Notes under the pieces: generated by a model
What the model was told of the DNA's origin: nothing
The model's database searches: none
The model's input: the letters and a program-made list of their open reading frames with translations, nothing else
Part shown: piece by piece, positions 9,846-19,231 of the stretch
Layout of the letters: each line of letters opens with the position of its first letter
How positions within the stretch are numbered: position 1 is the first letter of the stretch
Assembly (NCBI GenBank): GCA_040217195.1
Contig: JAVJNR010000002.1
Coordinates: forward strand, 32,001-96,000
Direction: 5' to 3'
From: Leptospiraceae bacterium
Lineage (GTDB): Bacteria > Spirochaetota > Leptospiria > Leptospirales > Leptonemataceae
DNA length: 64,000 nt
Program-made: the position numbers and the translations under genes

Positions 9846-11128
9846 TGCGAATCCTCCATTTCCTCTCTTCCATCATCGTTACTCTGGTTGCCCCGAGGAT
9901 CCGCATTCGAATTACCATGCCCATTGCCGGAACCTGTGTTTTTTTCATTTTGTTTGCCAAACTGACGCAGAGACGTTTTTAATTGCGCTTCGGAGTCGAT
10001 TAGAAACGTTCCATGGTCTACGACCATTTCTCCTTCTTCCAGGCCTTCCAGAATAACTACCCCTTCATCCAGCTCTGGTCCGATTTCCACTTTTCTGACC
10101 TGGAGACGTCCTTCGCCTCTTTGAACAAAGACGTATCGCATTTCCCCATTATCCACAATAGCTGATCTCGGTACGATCAGTGAATCTCCCAGAGGAATTG
10201 AAATATCCACATGAACGAAAGAATCGGGACGTATTTCACCGCCAGCATTCTTGACCAGAATTCGGGCATCGATGGTGCGAGTAGTGGAACCTACCACCGG
10301 CGAAAGGGAAATCACTTCTCCGCGAAATCCTTCGCTTCGGGTACCGGGAATATGAACTCGTGCAATGTAACCTGGCTTTACGGACCCTACGTCGGACTCA
10401 TATAGAGTGGCATAAACCCAGACGGGCCCTCCATCTATGGGATTGTACAGACTTTCGTACGCAGCCCTGTAACGAGTAATATTAGCTATTTCGCGACCTC
10501 CCATACCCAGCAATTTGAGTCTGGAAACGGCCGCCTCTCGCAGAGAAGGATCCCGGTACACCATCAGGTATTCTTTTACGGCCACACCCAGTTCGGGGTC
10601 AAAAGCGCCACGACCGGTGGTCTCCAGATGGAAGCTTGCATCGATTCTTCGAACCGGACTGTAGGAAACCCCTATGAGCTGTTGCCGGTCGGCACTTACC
10701 GACACTGTGGGACCTGCGCTCATTGAGTCTTCTTCGTCAGAGTTTTCCCCTCCTGACTCAGGGCCGGATTCATGTTCTGAATGATCATGCCCTTCCAGCA
10801 TTACCGGCACAAGATCCATATTGCAAATAGGACACTGTCCGGGACGACTTTCTTTGATCTGAGGATGCATGGGACATGTATAATGTGAAATGCCCTGCTC
10901 TGCTAATTTCTCTTGATCTGTCTTTCCACAACCTGAAAACAGGATTGGCCCGCCCAGAAGAAGCAAACCTGAGAATATGGTCAGAAATCGAATGCGCATC
11001 GCTCTTTTTGAGAAGCCCTGATAAATTTGGCGCAACATAGGGAAGGCTGGATCGCATAGCTTTTGGGCCTGATATTTTTCAATGGCAGCCCCATGGCCAG
11101 CCGACGGGAATAGTTGCTTACTGCTCAT
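9842..11128 (-). CDS. cusB: CusB-like RND periplasmic adaptor with a heavy-metal-binding domain
   Basis: YTCPMHPQI..PGQCPICNMDL domain, membrane-fusion-protein C-terminus, FLIDSE; overlaps both neighbours. Confidence 0.9.
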   Translation of the reverse strand: MSSKQLFPSAGHGAAIEKYQAQKLCDPAFPMLRQIYQGFSKRAMRIRFLTIFSGLLLLGGPILFSGCGKTDQEKLAEQGISHYTCPMHPQIKESRPGQCPICNMDLVPVMLEGHDHSEHESGPESGGENSDEEDSMSAGPTVSVSADRQQLIGVSYSPVRRIDASFHLETTGRGAFDPELGVAVKEYLMVYRDPSLREAAVSRLKLLGMGGREIANITRYRAAYESLYNPIDGGPVWVYATLYESDVGSVKPGYIARVHIPGTRSEGFRGEVISLSPVVGSTTRTIDARILVKNAGGEIRPDSFVHVDISIPLGDSLIVPRSAIVDNGEMRYVFVQRGEGRLQVRKVEIGPELDEGVVILEGLEEGEMVVDHGTFLIDSEAQLKTSLRQFGKQNEKNTGSGNGHGNSNADPRGNQSNDDGREEMEDSQ

Positions 11129-12587
11129 CGATTCTCTCCTGTGAAGAAGCCAGCAAAGTGTTGGTCAGTTCGCTGCGGGCAATAATCCACATGGCCATTT
11201 GCTCTTCCAGAGCCAGCTTCTGTAGATTAACATTGTAATAGGCATTCCAGGACTGGATAACGCTGGTAAAGTCTGCCGATCCACCCTGATAGGACAGAAC
11301 AGATGAACGACGAGCCGTCCAGGCGTTAGGTACCAGGCGTGCAGAAAAAATCTGCTGTCTTGACCGACCTTTTCGAATGCGCTCATCCAGACTTTCGATC
11401 CGGGACAGTAACTGTTTTTTTACGTCCAGCTGCTCCAGCTGAGCCGCCTTTCGATCCTGGTTGGCCGCTTCCAGATTGTTGTGATTGGAAAGCCCGGACC
11501 AGATAGGAACTCGAATCTGAATTCCCAGCTTATAGGTTGTTTGCTTGCCGGTACCGGAAGGATATATGAGATTTCGATCCTCCTTGCCATAAGCTGCGAA
11601 GACTCCCAGGTCTGGCGCATAATCCAGCCTGGCCAGAGTATTCATGGACTCGGCCTGCTTTTGCATGGATCTTACTCTAGCCAGAGCAGGAAGATTTTCG
11701 ATTTGAAACCTACGGCCCTGCAACTCTCTGAGGTATTGTTGAAAGGGCTCCTTTTTTAGTAGAAGTGGATGCAAAGATGATTGGTCATCATTTTCTTTTG
11801 TGGGGTCTGAATTGGAGCCTTCCATGCGAAAATACTGCAGCTCATCCTTGATGGATTCCAATTCACCAAGTAGCATTTCCGCTCGTTCCCGAAATGTATC
11901 TGCCTGTACCCGTGCAAGGGACACATCCGAAAGACTACCCCGACCTGCTCCGTAACGGGCACGAGCAATCCCTTCCAGAGCTCCCGCAGCACCGGCCAGT
12001 TCTCTGGTAAGTCGCAAGCTTTCTTCTACTCGATGGTAGCGAGCGAGAAGCCCCAAAAGCTCACCCAGAGTTCTGTTTCGATTCATTAGAAATTCGAATC
12101 CCTTTTGATTGGCCCGATATTCCTCTACGTTGGATTTTGCCGTTAGTTTTCCGGGAAAAGGTATGGGCTGAGTGATTTGAACTTCATAGCTGCTAGCATC
12201 TTTCCGATTATAGCCGGTGGGGTAAGCAGCACGCTCTTCCTGGCTTCCGGAACCGCGGCTGATTCGCACTTCTGGATCCGGATAAACGAAATCAGAATAG
12301 GTTGCCCTGGACTCTTGCGCCGAATGACGGAGCTTTTCTTTTACAATGCCAGGATGACCCTGGACCTGCCTCCAGAGAGTTTTTTCGAACTCCGAAATGC
12401 TCTGTCCTGACTGCTCTTCCGAGCTACCGGATGAGTTCGAATTCTCGGCCAGGACTCCGGGCCCGGCCATGAATGTGATAAGGACAAGACAAAGACCTGA
12501 CCATCCGTGATTGAATCTTTTTACCGATGCAAATCTGCTTCGGTGGGGAATCCGAAATTTTTCGGATTCAGATTTATTTAAATACAT
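11118..12587 (-). CDS. TolC-family outer membrane efflux protein (CusC-like)
   Basis: YPDP..., QPIPFPGKL, ARYGAGRG and IRVPIW motifs; sits upstream of the adaptor and permease. Confidence 0.85.
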   Translation of the reverse strand: MYLNKSESEKFRIPHRSRFASVKRFNHGWSGLCLVLITFMAGPGVLAENSNSSGSSEEQSGQSISEFEKTLWRQVQGHPGIVKEKLRHSAQESRATYSDFVYPDPEVRISRGSGSQEERAAYPTGYNRKDASSYEVQITQPIPFPGKLTAKSNVEEYRANQKGFEFLMNRNRTLGELLGLLARYHRVEESLRLTRELAGAAGALEGIARARYGAGRGSLSDVSLARVQADTFRERAEMLLGELESIKDELQYFRMEGSNSDPTKENDDQSSLHPLLLKKEPFQQYLRELQGRRFQIENLPALARVRSMQKQAESMNTLARLDYAPDLGVFAAYGKEDRNLIYPSGTGKQTTYKLGIQIRVPIWSGLSNHNNLEAANQDRKAAQLEQLDVKKQLLSRIESLDERIRKGRSRQQIFSARLVPNAWTARRSSVLSYQGGSADFTSVIQSWNAYYNVNLQKLALEEQMAMWIIARSELTNTLLASSQERIDEQ

Positions 12588-12626
12588 AGTAAGACTCCTG
12601 CTAAGAATGAATTTCTTGCAGGGATC

Positions 12627-13088
12627 TTAATTCAGGAACTGTTGATTCTGGATGTGTAATGGAATGCCCGGACTCGAGTCCGAGAGGATTGGTTCTTCAA
12701 GAAGGCCAGAGAGCCCTGATGTGAGATGAATCTCCGGTACGGCCAATCTCTGGAATATCAGTACAGGGCTGGCCAGTGCCGGCGTAAAAGGAGCCTCGGA
12801 AACGGTTTCGTCGTTGCAGCAACTGGCCCTGGAATCCGAATCCTTTGATTTGGATGGGTCAAACAGGGGTGCATCCAACAAATTGGGCGAGCCAATCAGT
12901 GCATCGGCTTTAGTATCGGATGAATTGTCCTGCGTGTCATGACAGGGAGCGCTCGTATGTGTGCTGGAATCCTCGGTCCAGGATTGAGCCACGGTGTTTG
13001 CGCACAATCCAGCCGGGCAGAACACCAACCGGAAAACTACAGCAGCCGCAATCAACGGCCCCGTGCTATTGTATACCAATTTACGCAC
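12627..13088 (-). CDS. Hypothetical exported protein with PCH and CC motifs, first gene of the metal cluster
   Basis: Hydrophobic N-terminus, PCH, SCC and a Pro-rich tail; resembles small proteins that precede cus/czc operons. Confidence 0.55.
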   Translation of the reverse strand: MRKLVYNSTGPLIAAAVVFRLVFCPAGLCANTVAQSWTEDSSTHTSAPCHDTQDNSSDTKADALIGSPNLLDAPLFDPSKSKDSDSRASCCNDETVSEAPFTPALASPVLIFQRLAVPEIHLTSGLSGLLEEPILSDSSPGIPLHIQNQQFLN

Positions 13089-13169
13089 TTATCTATAGAT
13101 ATAGCCAGAGGAAGGCAGGTCGGCAATCCTTTTTCTGATAGCTGCCTCCCGTGAGCTGAGTCTGTGAGG

Positions 13170-14210
13170 TTACTGGCAGGTTCCCGTCATGGTGAGATTG
13201 GTTCCTGCGCTGGCCACTGCAACGATCCTGTCATTGTGGAATCCCATCCCATTCCAGCTATTGGCCTCGGGAGCACCCTGGCCAATCCAGGTATTGGCGT
13301 CTGACGAAGTCATTATCGGATTCGTACCAGTTCGTGCCACTGCAACGAATTTTCCATTTGCAAATACGATGTCCTGCCACTCGTTTTGCTCCGGACTGGT
13401 TCTTGCAAACCAATCCTTTCCGTTTCTTGAGACCATTATTCTGGATACTCCGTCTCTGGCCACCGCGACGAATATCCCATCCCCGAATGCTATTGCTTTC
13501 CAATAATTGACTTCGGGAGCGGAATACTGTTCCCAATTTACACCGTCGAATGACCTAATCACTACGCCCGCGGTACTGTCGACGGCCACAAACATTCCGT
13601 TCCCAAATGTAATGGAACGATATTCAAAAGCGGGAGGGGCAGACGCAGACCAGCTAATTCCATCACTGGAGCTCATGGCCCGATTCGTTCCATCTCTGGA
13701 TACAGCAACAAAACGACCATTTCCGAAGGCTATGGATTGCCATTGATTCGCAGCAGTAGGTGACCTGGCAGTCCAGGTGAGTGCATCAATGGAAGTGTAG
13801 AGCTGGTTGGCTCCACCATTTCCCAGAATAACAATTCTTCCATTTCCTTCAGCCAGATCGATAAATGCTCCGCCAACTCCGAGGCCGCCATCTACCCACG
13901 TTTTCCCATCGATTGCCGTCATACTACGATCAGGAGTACCGGTTGAGGAAACGGCGACAAACCGATCGATACCAAACTGAACCGCATTCCAGCCCTGGGT
14001 AGCCGTGGCCGGGTTTACCTCAAAGGAAAAGTTAAGATATTTGCAGCGACCCGGAACCTTTGTAAGAAGGAATGCCTGAGGTAATGCGGAACATCCCGGA
14101 TCTTCAGGCTGGCAGGAACCGGAAGGCTCACAGCCTGACAAGAAGACCAGAGAGGCAGCAACTGTTGCAAGAATACTCTTTTTCCAGACACCGTATTTCA
14201 TCGTTTTCAA
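13170..14210 (-). CDS. Beta-propeller (WD40/BNR-like) repeat lipoprotein
   Basis: Lipobox LSGC; about 7 repeats of W..I.FGNG.FVAV......S.DG..W. Confidence 0.8.
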   Translation of the reverse strand: MKTMKYGVWKKSILATVAASLVFLSGCEPSGSCQPEDPGCSALPQAFLLTKVPGRCKYLNFSFEVNPATATQGWNAVQFGIDRFVAVSSTGTPDRSMTAIDGKTWVDGGLGVGGAFIDLAEGNGRIVILGNGGANQLYTSIDALTWTARSPTAANQWQSIAFGNGRFVAVSRDGTNRAMSSSDGISWSASAPPAFEYRSITFGNGMFVAVDSTAGVVIRSFDGVNWEQYSAPEVNYWKAIAFGDGIFVAVARDGVSRIMVSRNGKDWFARTSPEQNEWQDIVFANGKFVAVARTGTNPIMTSSDANTWIGQGAPEANSWNGMGFHNDRIVAVASAGTNLTMTGTCQ

Positions 14211-14489
14211 AGGGAACCCTGGTCTCGGTCGGATTCCAAAATCGGAACAGGGACAACCTGAAGCTTCCCTTATTGAAATACAGTCCCTCCGTAATCCGAC
14301 TCGCTCAGGCTAACGTCCTGGTTTCTTTAATGCAACCATTTTGTTGCCCGGATAGAAGGATAAAGCGGCCAAAACCCGGGTGTTCTTGGGGCTCAGGAAG
14401 GATTTAGAGTTCTGATCCAGGCGGAGCTTCGGGGGCATCCATGGCACGAGACCGTTTCCCCCGATGGTTCCGATTTCTGGAGTCATTAA

Positions 14490-15158
14490 CTACGCAGAAA
14501 GCAAAGGAGCACGTCGCAAACTGGGTTCATCGGTAAATATACCATGAAAATTGGTTAGCTCCTTCAGTGTATTCAAATGGGCTCGCTTATTCACTGTATA
14601 GAAATACAATTCGAAATCCCGGAAGGATTCCATGGATTCGCTCAACTCTGTATAAGTTTCACCATTATAGGGCAAGTGCAATCGGCGGGATTGAAATGAA
14701 AATAGAGAAGCCTCCGGCTGGTTCATTTCCAAAAACAGGTAACCGGCCTTTAATCCAAGAAAAAGTGCATCATCCACTATACTCCAGTTGAACGAGGATA
14801 TTACCGGATCCGTAAACTCCTTCAGGGCCGGCAGAACTCGATGAAGTGTCTCTGCATCATCTTTTATTTCAAAGTTTACGGTAATCTGGGCTGACTTATA
14901 TTTTTCGCAAAAACGGTCAAAGGTCATCAGGTTCGGAAGAATTCTCTGAAACTCCGGCAACGTAAGATCCACCACTCTCTCATCTATGTGAAACATTCTA
15001 AACAGAGTGTCATCATGGAATAGAACAATGTGCCCATCTTTCAGACGGACCAGATCCAATTCCAGGGCCTGAAAACCCAGGCGAAGGGCCTCATCGAAGG
15101 CAGCCTCCGTATTCTCGGTATGATGGCGGTGCATTCCGCGGTGGGCAAATAGCTTCAT
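14490..15158 (-). CDS. Glycerophosphodiester phosphodiesterase
   Basis: AHRG..ENT, ELD, FHD, NFEIK, ISSF and GIFTD motifs; start placed at MKLFAHRG. Confidence 0.88.
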   Translation of the reverse strand: MKLFAHRGMHRHHTENTEAAFDEALRLGFQALELDLVRLKDGHIVLFHDDTLFRMFHIDERVVDLTLPEFQRILPNLMTFDRFCEKYKSAQITVNFEIKDDAETLHRVLPALKEFTDPVISSFNWSIVDDALFLGLKAGYLFLEMNQPEASLFSFQSRRLHLPYNGETYTELSESMESFRDFELYFYTVNKRAHLNTLKELTNFHGIFTDEPSLRRAPLLSA

Positions 15159-15524
15159 GGTGAACTGCCTATTTGGTCGTCCTTGCATGTGACGATTGTG
15201 TGGCAATTCCGATAACAATACATGTCCTTCCCCGAGGCTTTTTTTGTAGGATTTCCGGAAGCCGAAATACAATGGTGGATCGGACCTCTCAATGCTTCAT
15301 TCGGCCAGGAAGAGTCTTTAAGCAATCGAGCCATTCCGAAAAGTCTGCAAAGAACCTCCCAGGCCCCGAATAATCGTTACAATTCTTAAACTTTTCGAGT
15401 AACGTTTTTGTCATTGATTCGAAACATAGTGAGTTGCATATACGGAGTCAGAAACAAAGCTGATTTGCAAGTCAGTGAATCAGTATTGCGGCGCCCAGGC
15501 GTCAGATTAATAAGGAAGAGGTGC

Positions 15525-16295
15525 ATGATGCCGAATCCAGGAATTATTTCGACGGACCGAAAACTGGAGGTCCGTCTGGCAGAGAATCAACTGGAGATTG
15601 AGAAGGCTCTGGCCCTGCGCTATGAAGTATTCAATCTTGAAATGAATGAAGGTCTGGCCGAGTCTGTAGCTACGGGCAAGGATCGGGACGAATATGATTT
15701 GTATTGCGATCATCTGATTGTTCTGGATAGAACCAGAGATGAGAAAATCGTTGGTACCTATCGATTGCTGCGCTCTTCTATTGCGCGAAAAAATATCGGA
15801 TTCTACTCAGAAAACGAATTCAACCTGGCTGCTCTGAACAACCTTCCGGGAGAAGTAGCTGAAATCGGTAGAAGTTGTGTCCATAAAGAGTATCGTGATG
15901 GTTCGGTTATTTCCATGCTCTGGATTGGGCTGGGAAACTACATGAACCAGTTCAATGTCAGATACCTTTCTGGCTGCGCCTCCTTGCACACCACCGATCC
16001 AGTGGAAGCTTCCGAAATGTATGCCTGCATGAAATCTAAAGAAATGCTGGCAGATCCCAGATACCAGGTGGAGCCTCTAAAAACTCATACTCTGGAAGGG
16101 TTTAATCCTCACTTTGAGATTACGGATATTAAGGCCACCTACAAGAGAATGCCTGCATTACTCAAAGGGTATGTTAGAGCCGGAGCTCGATTCTGTAGCG
16201 AACCTGCTCTGGATAGAGAATTTGGAACCATAGACTTCTACATTATCTTTGATAAAACGGAAGTAGATAAGCGGTACGGCAGACACTATCTGTAG
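15525..16295 (+). CDS. GNAT N-acyltransferase (OlsB / Acetyltransf_5-like)
   Basis: [48 protein letters not shown] and [24 protein letters not shown]. Confidence 0.85.
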   Translation: MMPNPGIISTDRKLEVRLAENQLEIEKALALRYEVFNLEMNEGLAESVATGKDRDEYDLYCDHLIVLDRTRDEKIVGTYRLLRSSIARKNIGFYSENEFNLAALNNLPGEVAEIGRSCVHKEYRDGSVISMLWIGLGNYMNQFNVRYLSGCASLHTTDPVEASEMYACMKSKEMLADPRYQVEPLKTHTLEGFNPHFEITDIKATYKRMPALLKGYVRAGARFCSEPALDREFGTIDFYIIFDKTEVDKRYGRHYL

Positions 16296-16319
16296 TCCGT
16301 AGAAGACTCCAATTCTGGG

Positions 16320-16351
16320 AAGGCGCCGCATTTGTGGCGCCTTTTTTGTTT
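16320..16351 (+). terminator. Rho-independent terminator
   Basis: AAGGCGCCGCA-TT-TGTGGCGCCTT followed by a T-tract. Confidence 0.85.
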
Positions 16352-16580
16352 CTCTCTGAAGTGATAAACGTAGGTTTTGATTCGTCCAAAGAAGTGGACG
16401 GACGCCGATTTTTCATTATTTAGACAGTGCCCCATTAAACCTGGTCAATCGCCGATCCTGCAAGAAGTGGACTTGACGTTAACTCAGAGGATGGGAATTC
16501 TTCGGGGATGCATTTCTCGCCTCTCCGGTGGCACAATTTGAGACCTGGAATTGACCCATCGGAAATCCTGGCAAATTCCA

Positions 16581-19229
16581 ATGATCCGGTTTACAGCTAA
16601 ATATATCGCGGGTGCCCGCACCTGTCTACTGTCGCTGATTTCTCTATTTATTTTCCCTCTTTCTATTCAGGCAGAGAAAAACCCAATTCCGTTTCCGGTT
16701 GCCATTGAAAACCATCGATCAGCATCCGGTGAGCAGTACCCTGCTGCTTTTCATTATTATCTGGATAAAAAATCCCTTTCTCTAAGTGATATACAGGATC
16801 TACCGATTGAAAGCTGGAACAGCGTTAGCAGCAAAGACATTAATAAGGGATACACAAGCTCAATTCTCTGGATCAGGATCCAGGCAATCAATGAATCCGA
16901 TGAGATCCTGGCCGTATTTCTGGAAGAAGATTTCACTCTAATTCGAAACATTCAAGCCACAGTCATCGCCGCGAATGGCTCCCGTAATCAGTCCTTTCTG
17001 GATCGCACTAAAGAGTTTAATGAGAGGGCAGTGCACTTTGCCAATCCTGTGCTTCCCATTGAGCTTCCTCCCGGTAAGTCCACCATCTATGTAAGGCTTC
17101 AGTCTGACATGGATATGATCGCTGCACTTCAATTCTGGAGCCCGGAAGGACTTAAAGAAGATGCGAAAAGCAGGCTTCTATTATTCGGAATTTTGTATGG
17201 ATCTGTGTTACTGATGGCACTATACAACGGTTTGATCTGGCTTTCCCTTAAGGACCGGACGTATCTGCTGTATGCACTCTACAGCCTTGCTTTTCTATTC
17301 TACTTTCTATCCTACTACGGGCATGGGGCTCAATTTGTCTGGGGACACTGGCCCTGGTTTGAGCAACGGGCGGTGCCCATTGTAATGGCAATTCAAATAG
17401 GGGTTTTTGGAGCCGAGTTCTTTCGCCTATTTCTCTCTATCGATGAAAGACATCCGTGGCAGTATCGATCCCTGCGCTTCATTCAAATCTTCAGTATTGG
17501 CTTACTGATAGCAAGCTTCACTATTCCACCGGCCCGAGTTATTGTTGTATATCCAATTTATGCCATCTGTGCTATTTTGCTCATCGCAGCCATATCTATT
17601 ATCCGCTATCGCCAGGGTTTCCAGCCGGCCATCTTTTCTATCTTTGCATTCCTGATATTGTGGGTATCCGGAATCGGGTCCTCCTTACGAAGCCTGGGCA
17701 TTGTTCCTTACAACGACATCACAATGTACGGTGTGGCTTTCGGAAATGTTGCCGAGCTATTACTACTCTCCTTTGGCCTGGGTTACAGACTCCGAAAACT
17801 GGAAGATGAAACTGCAAACACCGGAAGGAAAAATCAGTCTCTCACTGGTTTGCTGCAGGGACTTCCTTATGCCATCTTGCTTCGCCAGGATAAATCGCTG
17901 ATCTTTGCCAACCGAGCAGCCCACGATCTGTACAGAGACCGGAATCTTCCAGACTGGCAGGATTCCGGTATTCATGCCTTTCGACATATGCAAAAGGATC
18001 GCTGGATTGCCGTGCATGTAGCACAAATCGAGATAGAAGGCAAACCGGCCAGACTACAATTCCATTCAGAGATTACAGAGGAAATGGAAAGCAAATTAGC
18101 CCTGGAAGAAAAGCACACTTCTACAATGGAGGCCAGGGATCAGTCCGAGGAAAACCGCCAATCCCAGGATGAATTTCTGCAATCCATGACTACAGAAATT
18201 CGTAAACCTATGTCTGCCGTGTATCAGGCTGCGGACGTCTTAAATCAACTGAATCTGAATCCGGACCAGAAGGAGCTGGCAGGCATCCTGTTAAGAAGTG
18301 CAAGTACGCTCATTTCCCTGTTAAACGACCTGGCCGATCTATCCAGGCTGGAGAGCGGTCGAATCGCTATCAATCCCATGCCCTGTAATCCTCGGCAGGC
18401 AGTGAATGACACCGCGGAGCTCTTTCGGACGGCAGCCCAGAGCAAAGGACTGAGTCTGGAAGTGATCGCAGAGGGGCTTCCCGGTGAATTGATGCTGGAT
18501 GCCGCCCGGGTACAACAGGTATTGAGCAACCTGGTTAGCAACGGAGTCAAGTTCACCGATCAAGGAGCCATTCAGATTCGTGCCAAATATTTGAACCAGG
18601 GCGGTTCCGGCCAGGGCGTGGATGGATCCGGGCCATCCGGGCAACTTCAGATTTCAGTGGCCGACCAGGGACCGGGCATTCCGGAAGAGAAAATGCATCG
18701 ATTGTTTCGCCGGTTTGAACAACTGGATCCAGGAACCTATCGCCGCTTTGGAGGTACGGGCCTGGGACTTGCCATTAGCAGAGGGATGGTGGAATCCATG
18801 GGCGGCCAGATTGGCTGCGAAAATCTACCGGAAAGAGGAAGCCTGTTCTGGTTCAAAGTGCCCGCTTCCATTGTCTCTCGTTCCGGTGGAGCCAGCAAGA
18901 AAGAGACTCAGACGTCCCTGAAAGGAATAGTATGTGGTTTAACCATCGCTACGGATGATTCAACCGAAATGCTCGAAAGCCAACTAAAACTGCTGGGAAT
19001 ACAGGTTGTAAGACTGGATGGAACCGATACCAGTCACAGTCGGCAGGAAATGGATTTTATGATCGTTGAAGAATCCAGTAGCAATATCGCAATACCTGCA
19101 ATACTCTGGAATGCAACGGCAGAGCACTCAGGAAATTTTTCAGGACCAATTGTCACTCCTCCCTGTTCCACGAAGGACCTGGAAGACTCGATTCGAGAAT
19201 TGCTTCAGGCCCGAGGAAGGTTATCGTAA
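16581..19229 (+). CDS. 7TM-DISM sensor histidine kinase-like protein lacking the phospho-acceptor His (DISMED2 + 7TM + HisKA* + HATPase + degenerate receiver)
   Basis: NKGYTSSILWIR (DISMED2), 7 TM segments, H-box MTTEIRKPM, intact NLVSNGVKFT / DQGPGI / GGTGLGLAI. Alternative TTG start at 16551. Confidence 0.88.
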   Translation: MIRFTAKYIAGARTCLLSLISLFIFPLSIQAEKNPIPFPVAIENHRSASGEQYPAAFHYYLDKKSLSLSDIQDLPIESWNSVSSKDINKGYTSSILWIRIQAINESDEILAVFLEEDFTLIRNIQATVIAANGSRNQSFLDRTKEFNERAVHFANPVLPIELPPGKSTIYVRLQSDMDMIAALQFWSPEGLKEDAKSRLLLFGILYGSVLLMALYNGLIWLSLKDRTYLLYALYSLAFLFYFLSYYGHGAQFVWGHWPWFEQRAVPIVMAIQIGVFGAEFFRLFLSIDERHPWQYRSLRFIQIFSIGLLIASFTIPPARVIVVYPIYAICAILLIAAISIIRYRQGFQPAIFSIFAFLILWVSGIGSSLRSLGIVPYNDITMYGVAFGNVAELLLLSFGLGYRLRKLEDETANTGRKNQSLTGLLQGLPYAILLRQDKSLIFANRAAHDLYRDRNLPDWQDSGIHAFRHMQKDRWIAVHVAQIEIEGKPARLQFHSEITEEMESKLALEEKHTSTMEARDQSEENRQSQDEFLQSMTTEIRKPMSAVYQAADVLNQLNLNPDQKELAGILLRSASTLISLLNDLADLSRLESGRIAINPMPCNPRQAVNDTAELFRTAAQSKGLSLEVIAEGLPGELMLDAARVQQVLSNLVSNGVKFTDQGAIQIRAKYLNQGGSGQGVDGSGPSGQLQISVADQGPGIPEEKMHRLFRRFEQLDPGTYRRFGGTGLGLAISRGMVESMGGQIGCENLPERGSLFWFKVPASIVSRSGGASKKETQTSLKGIVCGLTIATDDSTEMLESQLKLLGIQVVRLDGTDTSHSRQEMDFMIVEESSSNIAIPAILWNATAEHSGNFSGPIVTPPCSTKDLEDSIRELLQARGRLS

Positions 19230-19231
19230 CC

